From NCBI GenBank assembly GCA_964570595.1, contig CAZMZL010000001.1:33653-79986 (forward strand): a stretch of DNA of 46,334 nucleotides, in the 5' to 3' direction. Shown here piece by piece: positions 18,131 through 27,733 of the stretch. Both the position numbers and the translations under genes were made by a program. Below the pieces are notes generated by a model. That model searched no databases. It was not told the origin of the DNA and worked only from the letters and a program-made list of their open reading frames with translations. Each line of letters starts with the position of its first letter. The first letter of the stretch is position 1. Source of the DNA: an uncultured Anaerolineaceae bacterium. GTDB taxonomy: Bacteria > Chloroflexota > Anaerolineae > Anaerolineales > E44-bin32.

Positions 18131-18328
18131 CGACACCCTTTCTGCTCCTGTTTCTTCCCGTTGTGGGATGATCTCAACATCGTTTTCAATGAAAACTCAC
18201 AGCCTTCTTTGATTCTATCGAAACCGGCAATTTTGTGCCCCCTCGCTGGGGATGATTTGCGCGAGCCAATACTACCATTTCGGCTTGAAGCAGGTATTAT
18301 GGGATAATAAACCGCTGGGAGGAATGCA

Positions 18329-19624
18329 GTGCAATTCGAACAATTGTGCGTCCTGGGGCTAGGGTATATCGGTTTGCCCACGGCGAGTACTTTCGCATCC
18401 CACGGTATGGCTGTGGTGGGCGTAGACGTTAACGAACGAGTGGTCGATATCTTAAGAAGCGGCGAGGTCCACATCCAAGAGCCGGGTTTGAGAAACCTGG
18501 TTCAGACTGCTTTTGGCTCCGGTCACCTTTCTATTCAGGAAGCTCCACGGGAAGCAGATGCGTTCATTATTGCCGTCCCAACTCCGGTTACCGAGGAACG
18601 GACCGCAGATCTAACCTTCGTGGTCTCAGCCGCTGAGTCTATCGTGCCCCACCTGCGTGAAGGGAACCTGGTCGTCCTCGAGTCAACTTGTCCGCCCCGC
18701 ACGACGGTCGACATCTTAGCTCCCATTCTGGAGCGCTCCGGTCTGATAGCCGGCGAAGCCTTTTACCTGGCTTATTCACCGGAGCGGGTGCTGCCAGGTA
18801 AGATCCTCCAGGAATTGATAGAAAACGCCCGCGTGATTGGGGGTGTCAACCACGCTTCGGCCGAAGCCGGTCGAGATCTCTACCTGCGGTTCGCGCGAGG
18901 GGAGATCCTTCTCACCGATTCTACGACCGCCGAGATGGTTAAGCTGATGGAGAACACTTCCCGGGATGTGGATATCGCCATCGCCAATGAATTTTCCAGA
19001 TTGGCAGAAAAATTTGGCGTCGATGTGTGGGAGGCCATTGATCTCGCCAACCGCCACCCGCGTATCAATATCTTGCGCCCAGGTCCGGGAGTTGGTGGGC
19101 ATTGTATTAGCGTCGACCCCTGGTTCCTGGTCGAAGCAGCACCCGAGATCAGCACATTGATCCAGGAAGCAAGGAATGTCAACGACGGTCAGCCTGCACA
19201 TGTCGTCGAACTACTTTCAAGGACATTAGGCTCCCTCACAGGGACTAAGATCGCAGCCCTGGGTTTAAGTTACAAACCTAATGTAGACGACATGAGAGAG
19301 AGCCCGGCGATCGCTGTTGTCCAGAATCTTGTGGAAGCCGGGGCGGAGGTATCGTATTTTGAGCCGTACGTGCCCAAAGCCTGCATCAAGGGAGCCGAGG
19401 GACGTGGATCCGTAGAGGACGCGGTGCGCGACGCGTTGGCTGTGATTTTGCTCGTCAATCACACGGAGTTTGACGAAATCGACCCCGCCGCAATCCTGAG
19501 TTTGATGGCCGGCCGAACGATCCTGGACACTCGCGGAACGCTGGACCGGCATCAATGGATCGAGGCAGGATTCCAATTTCTCGCACTCGGTGTGGGGGAA
19601 GCGAAGGCGCAATCCATCCCATGA
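18329..19624 (+). CDS. wecC: UDP-N-acetyl-D-mannosamine (nucleotide-sugar) 6-dehydrogenase
   Basis: LCVLGLGYIGLPTA Rossmann motif and the catalytic region GPGVGGHCISVDP. GTG start with GGGAGG 6 nt upstream, coupled to wecB. Confidence 0.8.
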   Translation: MQFEQLCVLGLGYIGLPTASTFASHGMAVVGVDVNERVVDILRSGEVHIQEPGLRNLVQTAFGSGHLSIQEAPREADAFIIAVPTPVTEERTADLTFVVSAAESIVPHLREGNLVVLESTCPPRTTVDILAPILERSGLIAGEAFYLAYSPERVLPGKILQELIENARVIGGVNHASAEAGRDLYLRFARGEILLTDSTTAEMVKLMENTSRDVDIAIANEFSRLAEKFGVDVWEAIDLANRHPRINILRPGPGVGGHCISVDPWFLVEAAPEISTLIQEARNVNDGQPAHVVELLSRTLGSLTGTKIAALGLSYKPNVDDMRESPAIAVVQNLVEAGAEVSYFEPYVPKACIKGAEGRGSVEDAVRDALAVILLVNHTEFDEIDPAAILSLMAGRTILDTRGTLDRHQWIEAGFQFLALGVGEAKAQSIP

Positions 19625-20745
19625 AGATCCTAGCGATTCTCGGGACCCGTCCTGAAGCGGTGAAAATGGCGCCCGTCATTAGCGCCTTATCAGAGACGGA
19701 CGGCGTTCGCTGTTGGGTCTGTTCGACGGCGCAGCATCGCGAAATGCTCGATCAAGTGCTGGATCTGTTTGAGATCCAACCAGATTACGATCTGGATGTC
19801 ATGCGTCCCGATCAGAGCCTTGGGGATTTGAGTGCAGCGATCTTTAAGGGGTTGGACCCCGTCATGATGGATGTTCGCCCAGATTGGGTACTGGTGCAAG
19901 GCGACACGACAACGGTTATGATTGCGGGCATCATCTCTTACTACCATCGGACGAAGGTAGGTCATATTGAAGCAGGTTTGCGAACGGGTGATAAGTGGCA
20001 GCCATTCCCCGAGGAAATCAATCGAAGGGTCGTTACGACAGTCGCTGATCTGCATTTTGCACCCACAGAATGGGCAAAGGCCAATTTGCTCCGGGAAGGA
20101 ATTCCTCCTGAGCAAATCGAGGTCACCGGCAATCCGGTTGTGGACGCGTTGACGGAAATTTCGAGACGCCCTTACGATTTCAGTGTGGGTCCGCTTGCGG
20201 GCATCCCGGAGGATCAGAAGCTCATCCTGGTGACGGCGCACCGGAGGGAAAATTTCGGAGAACCCATGGAGCGCATTTTCGCCGCACTCCGAACAATTGC
20301 CGCTGATTACGACCGGGATGTACATCTTGTGTTTCCCGTGCATTTGAATCCCAATGTCCAGGATGCCGCCCGCGCGGGGCTGGCTGACATCCCGAATATG
20401 ACCCTGCTCCCGCCGCTCGATTACTTGTCGATGGTAAATCTCATGAAGAAAGCGGTTCTCATCCTTTCCGATTCGGGTGGCCTCCAGGAAGAGGCGCCGT
20501 CGTTCCATACACCGGTGCTCGTGCTTCGTGAAGTTACGGAACGACCGGAAGCGATTGAGGCGGGGACGGCTCGACTTGTGGGCACGGATACCGATCGAAT
20601 CGTATCGGAAGTCCACCGATTGCTGGATGATCACCGCATTTACCGCGAGATCACTGCCCTTGAAAACCCTTTCGGAGATGGCCATGCTGCGCAGAGGATC
20701 GTGGAATCTTTATTAGATTTTTCAGAACGCGGCTCGACAGGATAA
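19621..20745 (+). CDS. wecB: UDP-N-acetylglucosamine 2-epimerase (non-hydrolysing)
   Basis: MKILAILGTRPEAVKMAPV, VQGDTTT, HIEAGLRT, SDSGGLQEEAP. The ATG overlaps the wecC stop (ATGA). Confidence 0.9.
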   Translation: MKILAILGTRPEAVKMAPVISALSETDGVRCWVCSTAQHREMLDQVLDLFEIQPDYDLDVMRPDQSLGDLSAAIFKGLDPVMMDVRPDWVLVQGDTTTVMIAGIISYYHRTKVGHIEAGLRTGDKWQPFPEEINRRVVTTVADLHFAPTEWAKANLLREGIPPEQIEVTGNPVVDALTEISRRPYDFSVGPLAGIPEDQKLILVTAHRRENFGEPMERIFAALRTIAADYDRDVHLVFPVHLNPNVQDAARAGLADIPNMTLLPPLDYLSMVNLMKKAVLILSDSGGLQEEAPSFHTPVLVLREVTERPEAIEAGTARLVGTDTDRIVSEVHRLLDDHRIYREITALENPFGDGHAAQRIVESLLDFSERGSTG

Positions 20746-20751
20746 TTCACC

Positions 20752-21195
20752 GTGGCGCGGCGTGATCTTCCTACAACACTGGTCTATGCGCGAAGCATTC
20801 CTTTCATCGGCTGGATTGCATACTACCTGCTTAAGATCCTGGGCATCGAGATCCCTCGCTCGGTGGTTATCGGAGAGGATTTCACGCTTGTGCATGGTGG
20901 CTGTGGCGTCGTGATCCACCGTCATTCCGTCATCGGCGACAGGGTGAAAATCTATCCGGGAGTTGTTCTCGGACGGGCGGATATTCACATCTCAGCGGAT
21001 GATTCGAAATTCGAAAAGATCATTGTCGGGAACGACGTTATTCTCGGGGCTGGTTCGAAAGTGCTTGGCAAGATTGGGGAGATGAGGGTGGCGGACGGCA
21101 CCGTGTTAGGCGCAAACGCTGTGCTGCTCGAATCATCGTCTCCCGGAGAAGTATGGGCCGGCATCCCGGCACGACGCATCGGGGATCGAGATTGA
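20752..21195 (+). CDS. Hexapeptide-repeat O-acetyltransferase (WcaB/serine acetyltransferase-like)
   Basis: 147 aa with left-handed beta-helix repeats (IGDRVKIYPGVVLG, VGNDVILGAGSKVLG, ADGTVLGANAVL, GIPAR). Confidence 0.75.
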   Translation: MARRDLPTTLVYARSIPFIGWIAYYLLKILGIEIPRSVVIGEDFTLVHGGCGVVIHRHSVIGDRVKIYPGVVLGRADIHISADDSKFEKIIVGNDVILGAGSKVLGKIGEMRVADGTVLGANAVLLESSSPGEVWAGIPARRIGDRD

Positions 21196-21229
21196 CCCCA
21201 AAACGTCGTGCTCAAATTACGAATTCACG

Positions 21230-22267
21230 ATGAAAATGGATTTAAAATCACGACGACTTTGTATCGTTCCCAGGGTGTCTGGCATCGGAGGGATGGTTTC
21301 CTTTCAGGTGCGTTTCAGGCGCGCGATTGAGGCGCGTGGTGCGACTGTTACGACCGATCTGAAAGACGATCCTTATGATGCGGTCCTGGTCATTGGTGGC
21401 ACGAAACAGCTTCCGGATTTACTTCGGGCAAGAAGGAAAGGGATCCCCATCATCCAGCGCCTGAATGGGATGAACTGGATTCATCGCCGGCGACGAACCG
21501 GAACTCGACATTACCTCAGAGCCGAATGGGGGAACTGGCTGCTCTCTACCATTCGCTCAAGGATCGCTTCCAGTGTTGTGTACCAGAGCACTTTCGCACA
21601 TGAATGGTGGGAGCGCGTCTATGGTGATACTCGGGTGCCTCACTCGGTCGTGTATAACGGCGTCGATTTGGAGGAATTTTCCCCGCGAGGGCCCGAGGTT
21701 CGACCGACCGACAGAGTTCGGCTCCTTATCGTAGAAGGTAGGTTGGATGGCGGATATGAACTGGGGCTCGACCACGCTCTGTCGTTATCGCAGCATCTTC
21801 AGAAAAAACTCAATCTGTCGCTTGAACTGTTGATTGTTGGGCAAGCCTCCGAGCAGCTCCGCCAGGAATATGCTCGTGATACCGGGTTGATTTTGAATTG
21901 GGCTGGGGTGATTTCCCCCGAAGAAATACCTTCATTCAGTCGTTCAGCTCATGCCCTTTTCTCGGCAGATATCCATCCTGCCTGTCCAAATTCAGTGATC
22001 GAAGCTATGGCCGTTGGGCTTCCCATCATTGCGTTTGCCACAGGCGCGCTTCCCGAGATGGTACAGGGAGATTCTGGGCGTATCGTTCCTTACGGGTCGG
22101 ATCCCTGGACATTGGAAGATCCGGACTTTGGCTCCTTAACCGAGGCAGCGACTGGAGTTTTTCAGGACCAGGAGCGGTTCAGGATCGCTGCACGTGCTCG
22201 CGCCGTCGATGCATTTGGGATAGAACGGACAGTGCAAGGTTATTTGTCTGCGCTCGGGTGGGCGTAA
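21230..22267 (+). CDS. Glycosyltransferase, GT4 (GT-B fold)
   Basis: C-terminal donor-binding region CPNSVIEAMAVGLPIIAFATGALPEMV (E-x7-E type). Confidence 0.75.
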   Translation: MKMDLKSRRLCIVPRVSGIGGMVSFQVRFRRAIEARGATVTTDLKDDPYDAVLVIGGTKQLPDLLRARRKGIPIIQRLNGMNWIHRRRRTGTRHYLRAEWGNWLLSTIRSRIASSVVYQSTFAHEWWERVYGDTRVPHSVVYNGVDLEEFSPRGPEVRPTDRVRLLIVEGRLDGGYELGLDHALSLSQHLQKKLNLSLELLIVGQASEQLRQEYARDTGLILNWAGVISPEEIPSFSRSAHALFSADIHPACPNSVIEAMAVGLPIIAFATGALPEMVQGDSGRIVPYGSDPWTLEDPDFGSLTEAATGVFQDQERFRIAARARAVDAFGIERTVQGYLSALGWA

Positions 22268-22355
22268 GGCACCGTCGCCGTGAAGCCGTCGCAAATCTTA
22301 TAGATATTGGACATGACGGATATTGAGACGGCGGAAAACCACTTCTGAATAAGAC

Positions 22356-23651
22356 ATGCGCATTCACGATAGAATTCCAGCTTTGATCAGTATTTCTCTG
22401 ATGTTTTCGATCGGGGGGTGTGCAGCTATAGATCCCGGATCGGGATCCCTTTCGGTCGACGATATGGGAGCGTCCACGCTTCCGCCTCCAGCTTCGACAC
22501 CTGTGGCGGTTAACACGCCCACCATCGCGAAAAAGGGTGAACCGCTCAACCTTGCTGCTCTTCTCCGGGAACATGAACTCGAGCTGTGGGCGGTGGTGGG
22601 AGAAGCTCACCCCATCACGGCAGAAATATTAAACAACAACACGACGTACGGGCCCCTGCTTGATGAACTCCGTTCGACGCTGCAGCATGCAGATGGCGAG
22701 GTGAGAGCCATTGAAGACGGCGGAGGGCGGGTATTCATAGAGATCAGGTGGAATGGTATATCGTCCTATGGCGATACTACGGACATCGAGGTGTTTTATC
22801 GGGACGCTGAGGACCCGGAACATCGATTATGGATCGAGGGTTCGGATTTTAGATATTCTATCGTGAGTGCATATGATACTTCTGGGATCTCGGGAGCATT
22901 TCCAGGCGAAGTCCCCACAACGTGGGATGACCCGCTGCGGTTTGTGTATCTCGATGATCCCTGGGACGACCGTGCTCGTGGGATGCAGGTTGTAGATGCG
23001 GGTGGGAAGCCGGTCGTTTTTTGGTCGGCTGATGATCAACATTTTCGGCCCTGGAAAATGGCAGGGCCACAGCGAGCTAAATTGGTGAATGGGTTCGATA
23101 TTGATTTCTATGGTTTCTCCGAAGAGGACCTGGGTCTTTTGTGGGAAGCTTTCGCCTGGATCGAACTAGGTCTCACGAACGCCCCAGAGAGGATGCACAA
23201 TGTGGTATCGATCCGGAGCAACGAACTTCCCGAACAAGTCGCCGGTGTGGGCGGTCGGGGTGATATTCGCATCGATCCTGAGAGCTTTTCTTTCATGCGC
23301 GACAATCTTGCCGCGCCGCGCCTGGCGGATGTGTTATGGATCGCAGTCTTGATCGTCCACGAAGCAGCGCATGTGAACCAGCCCGGTGTATGTACGCCGG
23401 ATTACGCGTCTGCACAAGGAATGTCCCTCAACGAGTTCGCTCTGTTTCGGGAGACGGGGGAGGGTCAGGCCTATGATCAGGAAGTCCAATTCATCGAAAA
23501 CCTGCTAGAGTTATACAGCCAGAACGGCAACAAGCTTGTTTCCACTTCGGAGGTGAGAGACAACCTTGCATCGCAAGCAGAATTTGTACGAGGGGTCATC
23601 GGGAAGGCCGTATTCCCCAATGGCGAGTTGGTGCCGACTTGTGCCGAGTAG
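22356..23651 (+). CDS. Lipoprotein of unknown function with an HExxH motif
   Basis: Signal peptide plus lipobox SIGGC. HEAAH lies at 23358-23372 within LIVHEAAHVNQPG. No family recognised. Confidence 0.55.
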   Translation: MRIHDRIPALISISLMFSIGGCAAIDPGSGSLSVDDMGASTLPPPASTPVAVNTPTIAKKGEPLNLAALLREHELELWAVVGEAHPITAEILNNNTTYGPLLDELRSTLQHADGEVRAIEDGGGRVFIEIRWNGISSYGDTTDIEVFYRDAEDPEHRLWIEGSDFRYSIVSAYDTSGISGAFPGEVPTTWDDPLRFVYLDDPWDDRARGMQVVDAGGKPVVFWSADDQHFRPWKMAGPQRAKLVNGFDIDFYGFSEEDLGLLWEAFAWIELGLTNAPERMHNVVSIRSNELPEQVAGVGGRGDIRIDPESFSFMRDNLAAPRLADVLWIAVLIVHEAAHVNQPGVCTPDYASAQGMSLNEFALFRETGEGQAYDQEVQFIENLLELYSQNGNKLVSTSEVRDNLASQAEFVRGVIGKAVFPNGELVPTCAE

Positions 23652-23670
23652 CTCGGGACCTTGATCGGAT

Positions 23671-24774
23671 ATGATGATACGCGAATTTAAGGGCAAATTA
23701 GGACTTCAACAACGGGTGCTGCCGGCTTACCGGGTTCCCTTCTTTGACCGGTTGGCCGCCGCATGTTCCCAGGGGCTGAGCCTGTTCGCTGGCTCACCGA
23801 GGCGTTCGGAGGGGATCATGGAAGCGCCGGGGTTGGGGATCGCGCGATTCAAGCGGGCGCAGAATCTCCATATGCTTGGCGGCTCCGCATATTTGTGCTG
23901 GCAGATGGGATTACTCCAGTGGCTGGAGGAATGGGATCCAACGGCCATCGTCATGGAGGCAAATCCCCGTTATCTCTCGAGCTCGCGAGCTGTCTCATGG
24001 ATGAAAAACAAGGGTCGGCCGGTCCTTGGATGGGGGCTTGGCGCCCCTGCAAGTCGTGGATCTCTGCAGAAGCTCCGCTCCAGGTTCAGGATCAGATTCG
24101 TGCATCAGTTTGACGCACTCATCACTTACAGTACGTCAGGCGCAGATGAATACGCGGCCCTGGGTGTTCCCAGGGAACGATTGTTTGTGGCACATAATGC
24201 TGTATCTTCCGCCCCTCCACAGGCGCCCGTAAGACCAAAACGGGGTGGGCGCCCACCCCGGATTCTCTTTGTAGGGCGCCTTCAGGAGCGGAAGCGCCTC
24301 GATCTGCTCATCCAGGCTTGTGCCTCGCCAGGTATGAATACTGAGCTCGTCATCGTGGGCGACGGTCCCTCGCGGGATGATCTGCGTGAATTTGCTGCGG
24401 ACATATATCCAGGGACAACCTTCACCGGCGCTTTGCGAGGACAGGACCTTGCCGAACAATTTACGAATGCGGACCTCTTTATCCTACCGGGCACGGGTGG
24501 ATTGGCCGTGCAGGAGGCCATGTCCTATGGCTTGCCCGTGATCGTCGCCGAAGGTGACGGGACCCAGAATGATCTCGTATCAGGCGGGAACGGTTGGCTG
24601 GTTCCCGTTGGAAATCTTGATTCGCTTGTGACTGCGATGCGGGATGCGCTCCATGATCCCGCCCGGCTTGAGAAAATGGGTATGCGATCCTACGAGATGG
24701 TGCGAGACAGTTTCAACATCGACGCGATGGCTGATGTCTTCGTGGACGCGCTTGATTTTGCAGGGGGCTCATGA
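23671..24774 (+). CDS. Glycosyltransferase, GT4
   Basis: ILFVGRLQERKRLD..., GTGGLAVQEAMSYGLPVIVAEGDG motif. Confidence 0.8.
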   Translation: MMIREFKGKLGLQQRVLPAYRVPFFDRLAAACSQGLSLFAGSPRRSEGIMEAPGLGIARFKRAQNLHMLGGSAYLCWQMGLLQWLEEWDPTAIVMEANPRYLSSSRAVSWMKNKGRPVLGWGLGAPASRGSLQKLRSRFRIRFVHQFDALITYSTSGADEYAALGVPRERLFVAHNAVSSAPPQAPVRPKRGGRPPRILFVGRLQERKRLDLLIQACASPGMNTELVIVGDGPSRDDLREFAADIYPGTTFTGALRGQDLAEQFTNADLFILPGTGGLAVQEAMSYGLPVIVAEGDGTQNDLVSGGNGWLVPVGNLDSLVTAMRDALHDPARLEKMGMRSYEMVRDSFNIDAMADVFVDALDFAGGS

Positions 24775-26009
24775 AAAAACGAATTGTGTTTATTGCCGAC
24801 GGACGAAGTCCTATCGCCCTTGGTTGGATGTCCCATTTTGTATCCGACGAATACGAAACCCACTTAATATCGACTTTTCCGTGCGAGCACCATCCGTCCA
24901 TTCACTCACTTCACATCGTTCCGGTGGCTTTCAGTGGGGCAGCGGGCTCGGGGGGACAGAAAACCGTCAGGGCTCCCGGAGGCGCCAGGGGCATCCGGGT
25001 CCGCAGTGCGGTTCGGCACTGGGTGGGGCCATTTACCGTTAAAAAGGCTTCTGCGAGGGTGGCGTCCATAATTCAATCGCTTTCTCCCGACCTTGTCCAT
25101 GCGCTCCGCATTCCTTTTGAGGGGATGGTCGCTGCAGGCGCCGATATCCACGCACCGCTCATCATCTCGGTTTGGGGGAATGATTTTACGCTGCATGCTG
25201 CGACCTCCCCTGGAATGAAGAGGCTCACGCGGGAAGCGATGGCACGCGCCGATGGTCTCCATACAGATTGTCAACGCGATGTTCGTCTGGCAACCCAATG
25301 GGGTTTTCGAGAGGCGGCATCCATCGTGCTGCCCGGAGGCGGAGGAATCAAGCGTGATATTTTTCACCCCGGACGGGTCATACCGGCGGGTATTGACGAT
25401 GAATTGGCGAAAAACCTGAGCGAAATTCCCTATGACGTTCCTGTCGTGATCAACCCCCGAGGCTTTCGCGCCTATGTGCGAAACGACACATTCTTCAAGT
25501 CCATCCCGCTGGTATTACGGGATGAACCCGAGGCGATTTTTCTTTGTGTCGGCATGAGAGATGAGAGCGAGGCTCACGCGTGGGTTCGGAGCCTGCAAAT
25601 CGAATCGAATGTACGCTTGTTACCACGAATGAGCCCGCGAGAAATGGCGGCGGGATACGGACGGGCGTGGGTCAGCGTTTCCCCATCTGAACACGATGGC
25701 ACCCCAAACACATTCCTTGAATCGATTGCCTGCGGATGTTTTCCCATTGTCGGTGATCTCGAATCGATGCGCGAGTGGATCGAGGCGGGGAAAAATGGTC
25801 TGCTGCTTGACCCGGGTGATCCACGGGCATGGGCGCAAGCCATCGTGCGTGCGATCAGGGATGACGACCTCCGCACAAGAGCAAAAAGCATCAACGAAGG
25901 ACTGATCGACGAGAAAGCTGATTATGGCTTGGTCCAGGCGAAAGCCAGGGAGTTTTATCGACATGTCCTGGACCAATACGATCCCGATATGCGAGCGAAC
26001 CATGTTTGA
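24771..26009 (+). CDS. Glycosyltransferase, GT4
   Basis: SEHDGTPNTFLESIACGCFPIVGDLESMREWI donor-binding motif. ATGA overlap with the previous GT. Confidence 0.75.
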   Translation: MKKRIVFIADGRSPIALGWMSHFVSDEYETHLISTFPCEHHPSIHSLHIVPVAFSGAAGSGGQKTVRAPGGARGIRVRSAVRHWVGPFTVKKASARVASIIQSLSPDLVHALRIPFEGMVAAGADIHAPLIISVWGNDFTLHAATSPGMKRLTREAMARADGLHTDCQRDVRLATQWGFREAASIVLPGGGGIKRDIFHPGRVIPAGIDDELAKNLSEIPYDVPVVINPRGFRAYVRNDTFFKSIPLVLRDEPEAIFLCVGMRDESEAHAWVRSLQIESNVRLLPRMSPREMAAGYGRAWVSVSPSEHDGTPNTFLESIACGCFPIVGDLESMREWIEAGKNGLLLDPGDPRAWAQAIVRAIRDDDLRTRAKSINEGLIDEKADYGLVQAKAREFYRHVLDQYDPDMRANHV

Positions 26010-27048
26010 AAAACTCGAAGACTATCCTGAAGCTACAATCCTCCATCACGTGGAACCCGACGGCACGTTGTGGGGAACCAGGGGGCGTTGGATTATTCGC
26101 CGGCGTGCCCAGTCTACATGGGAACGCATGAGTAAGTTTCCATTTGCAGTTCCACGCGACTTCTTTGGATTTTCACGCCCCACCGCAAGGGCGATGCGTG
26201 CGGATAAATCCAATCTGTTCGTGAACTCAAAAGGACGAACGCTCTGTATACGCGCTTCAAGCGTCTATGCGCTGGATGAAGATCAAAGTCTAAAACCACT
26301 TTTTGAGATTCAGGGGGACAGTGTCCTGCACGGTGGTATTTGTGAGGACGAGGAGGGCTGGACATACTTCGGCGAATATTTCATGAACTCTCAGCGACGA
26401 TCCGTCAGCATCTGGCGCGTCAACCCGGGTCTCGATGATTGGGAGGTGGCCTATGAGTTTCCCCCGGGGAGCGTGCGCCACATCCACGGTGTCTATCCGG
26501 ACCCTCATGACCCGGGCGCGTTATGGGCATGCACCGGCGACAATACTGGCGAATGCTTCTTCCTGCGGACGACGAATGCCTTTAGAACCATGGAAATGTT
26601 CGGCGACGGCAGTCAGTTATGGAGAACCGTACGACTTCACTTCACCGAAACCCATATTTGCTGGATTACGGATAGTCCGTTGGAGCAAAATTATGCTTGC
26701 AGGATGACGCGTGAAGACGGGGTTCTCGAACGAGGTCGTACCACCGAAGCGCCCGTATGGTATGGGGCTCAGACGGATGATGGGCTCCATATCGCTTTCA
26801 CGACAGTCGAGCCGGGCGCTTCGGTCAAGCGGAATACAGCCGCGGTATTGATCAGTCGAGATGGATTCGATTGGCAGGAGATCTACAATTTCAAAAAAGA
26901 TGCCTGGAGGCCCATGAAGCTTTTCAAATATGGGGTCATCAGTGTGCCTTCAGGGAAGATGAACAGCAAATCGGTATACATGAGCGGCGAAGGGCTGGTG
27001 GGTTTCGACGGTCGCAGTATGAAGGCATGTTTTGGAGAGAAGGAATAA
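26002..27048 (+). CDS. Hypothetical protein (beta-rich, possibly propeller-like), glycan-cluster associated
   Basis: ATG 26002 overlaps the upstream GT stop by 8 nt. Trp/Gly-rich strand-like periodicity and no recognisable catalytic motif. Confidence 0.55.
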   Translation: MFEKLEDYPEATILHHVEPDGTLWGTRGRWIIRRRAQSTWERMSKFPFAVPRDFFGFSRPTARAMRADKSNLFVNSKGRTLCIRASSVYALDEDQSLKPLFEIQGDSVLHGGICEDEEGWTYFGEYFMNSQRRSVSIWRVNPGLDDWEVAYEFPPGSVRHIHGVYPDPHDPGALWACTGDNTGECFFLRTTNAFRTMEMFGDGSQLWRTVRLHFTETHICWITDSPLEQNYACRMTREDGVLERGRTTEAPVWYGAQTDDGLHIAFTTVEPGASVKRNTAAVLISRDGFDWQEIYNFKKDAWRPMKLFKYGVISVPSGKMNSKSVYMSGEGLVGFDGRSMKACFGEKE

Positions 27049-27733
27049 ATTGATTCGCGGGTGGACTGCCGGGGTTTTAAAATGGGGCGAGCATTTGCTC
27101 GATGACAGCGTCGCGCCTTCTGAGCTGCTCGAGTTCCTCCAAAAAACCATTGTCAAGTTAAACGAACATCTCGAGCATCGCCCCAATGCATTCCCCGCAG
27201 CGATGATTCCGGAATTAGAGAGAGTCACTCTAGCTGTCGATGGGCCAAGATTATGTGTACCCGAATTTCGAGGCCAAACCGAAAGCCCTTCCGACGATGG
27301 ACCCTCGGCGGAAGAAATACGCATCTGGCGAGATTCCTTACCAGGTGGCCGTGTGCTTACGAAGGGTGGATTGGCGCATCAGACCGGAAGAATGCTCCTG
27401 GGGTTGTTGTCCACACAAGATCGATCCACCGACAGTTTCTATCATGATTCTATGGAACGGCTTCTAAGGCATGTCGAAGTTCAAAGAAAAGCTTGTCTGC
27501 AGCCTCATCCATCGCTGTCGTGGTCTGAAACGTGGATCGAGAAACATGATATTGCCTTCTTGTTCTGCGTGCATGCCAGAAAATCGTGCGATTTCAGGTA
27601 TCTCAATGGGGCCATGAAGCTCAATGACTGGGGGTGCCGCGCGCATCGCCGGAACGCATCGGTGGAACAAACCATGGGTCTGGTACGTGCGATTTTAGAA
27701 CAAGAGCGCATTCTTGCGGAGTTTTGGGGATGA
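27032..27733 (+). CDS. Hypothetical protein, glycan-cluster associated
   Basis: Start is TTG 27032 or TTG 27050, so uncertain. The stop overlaps the formyltransferase ATG (ATGA). No family recognised. Confidence 0.45.
   Translation: MERRNKLIRGWTAGVLKWGEHLLDDSVAPSELLEFLQKTIVKLNEHLEHRPNAFPAAMIPELERVTLAVDGPRLCVPEFRGQTESPSDDGPSAEEIRIWRDSLPGGRVLTKGGLAHQTGRMLLGLLSTQDRSTDSFYHDSMERLLRHVEVQRKACLQPHPSLSWSETWIEKHDIAFLFCVHARKSCDFRYLNGAMKLNDWGCRAHRRNASVEQTMGLVRAILEQERILAEFWG

Noticed and set aside
19690-20685. 331-aa minus-strand ORF
   Set aside because: It is fully antisense to wecB, whose product shows canonical 2-epimerase motifs. It has no SD and a low-complexity Arg-rich translation.
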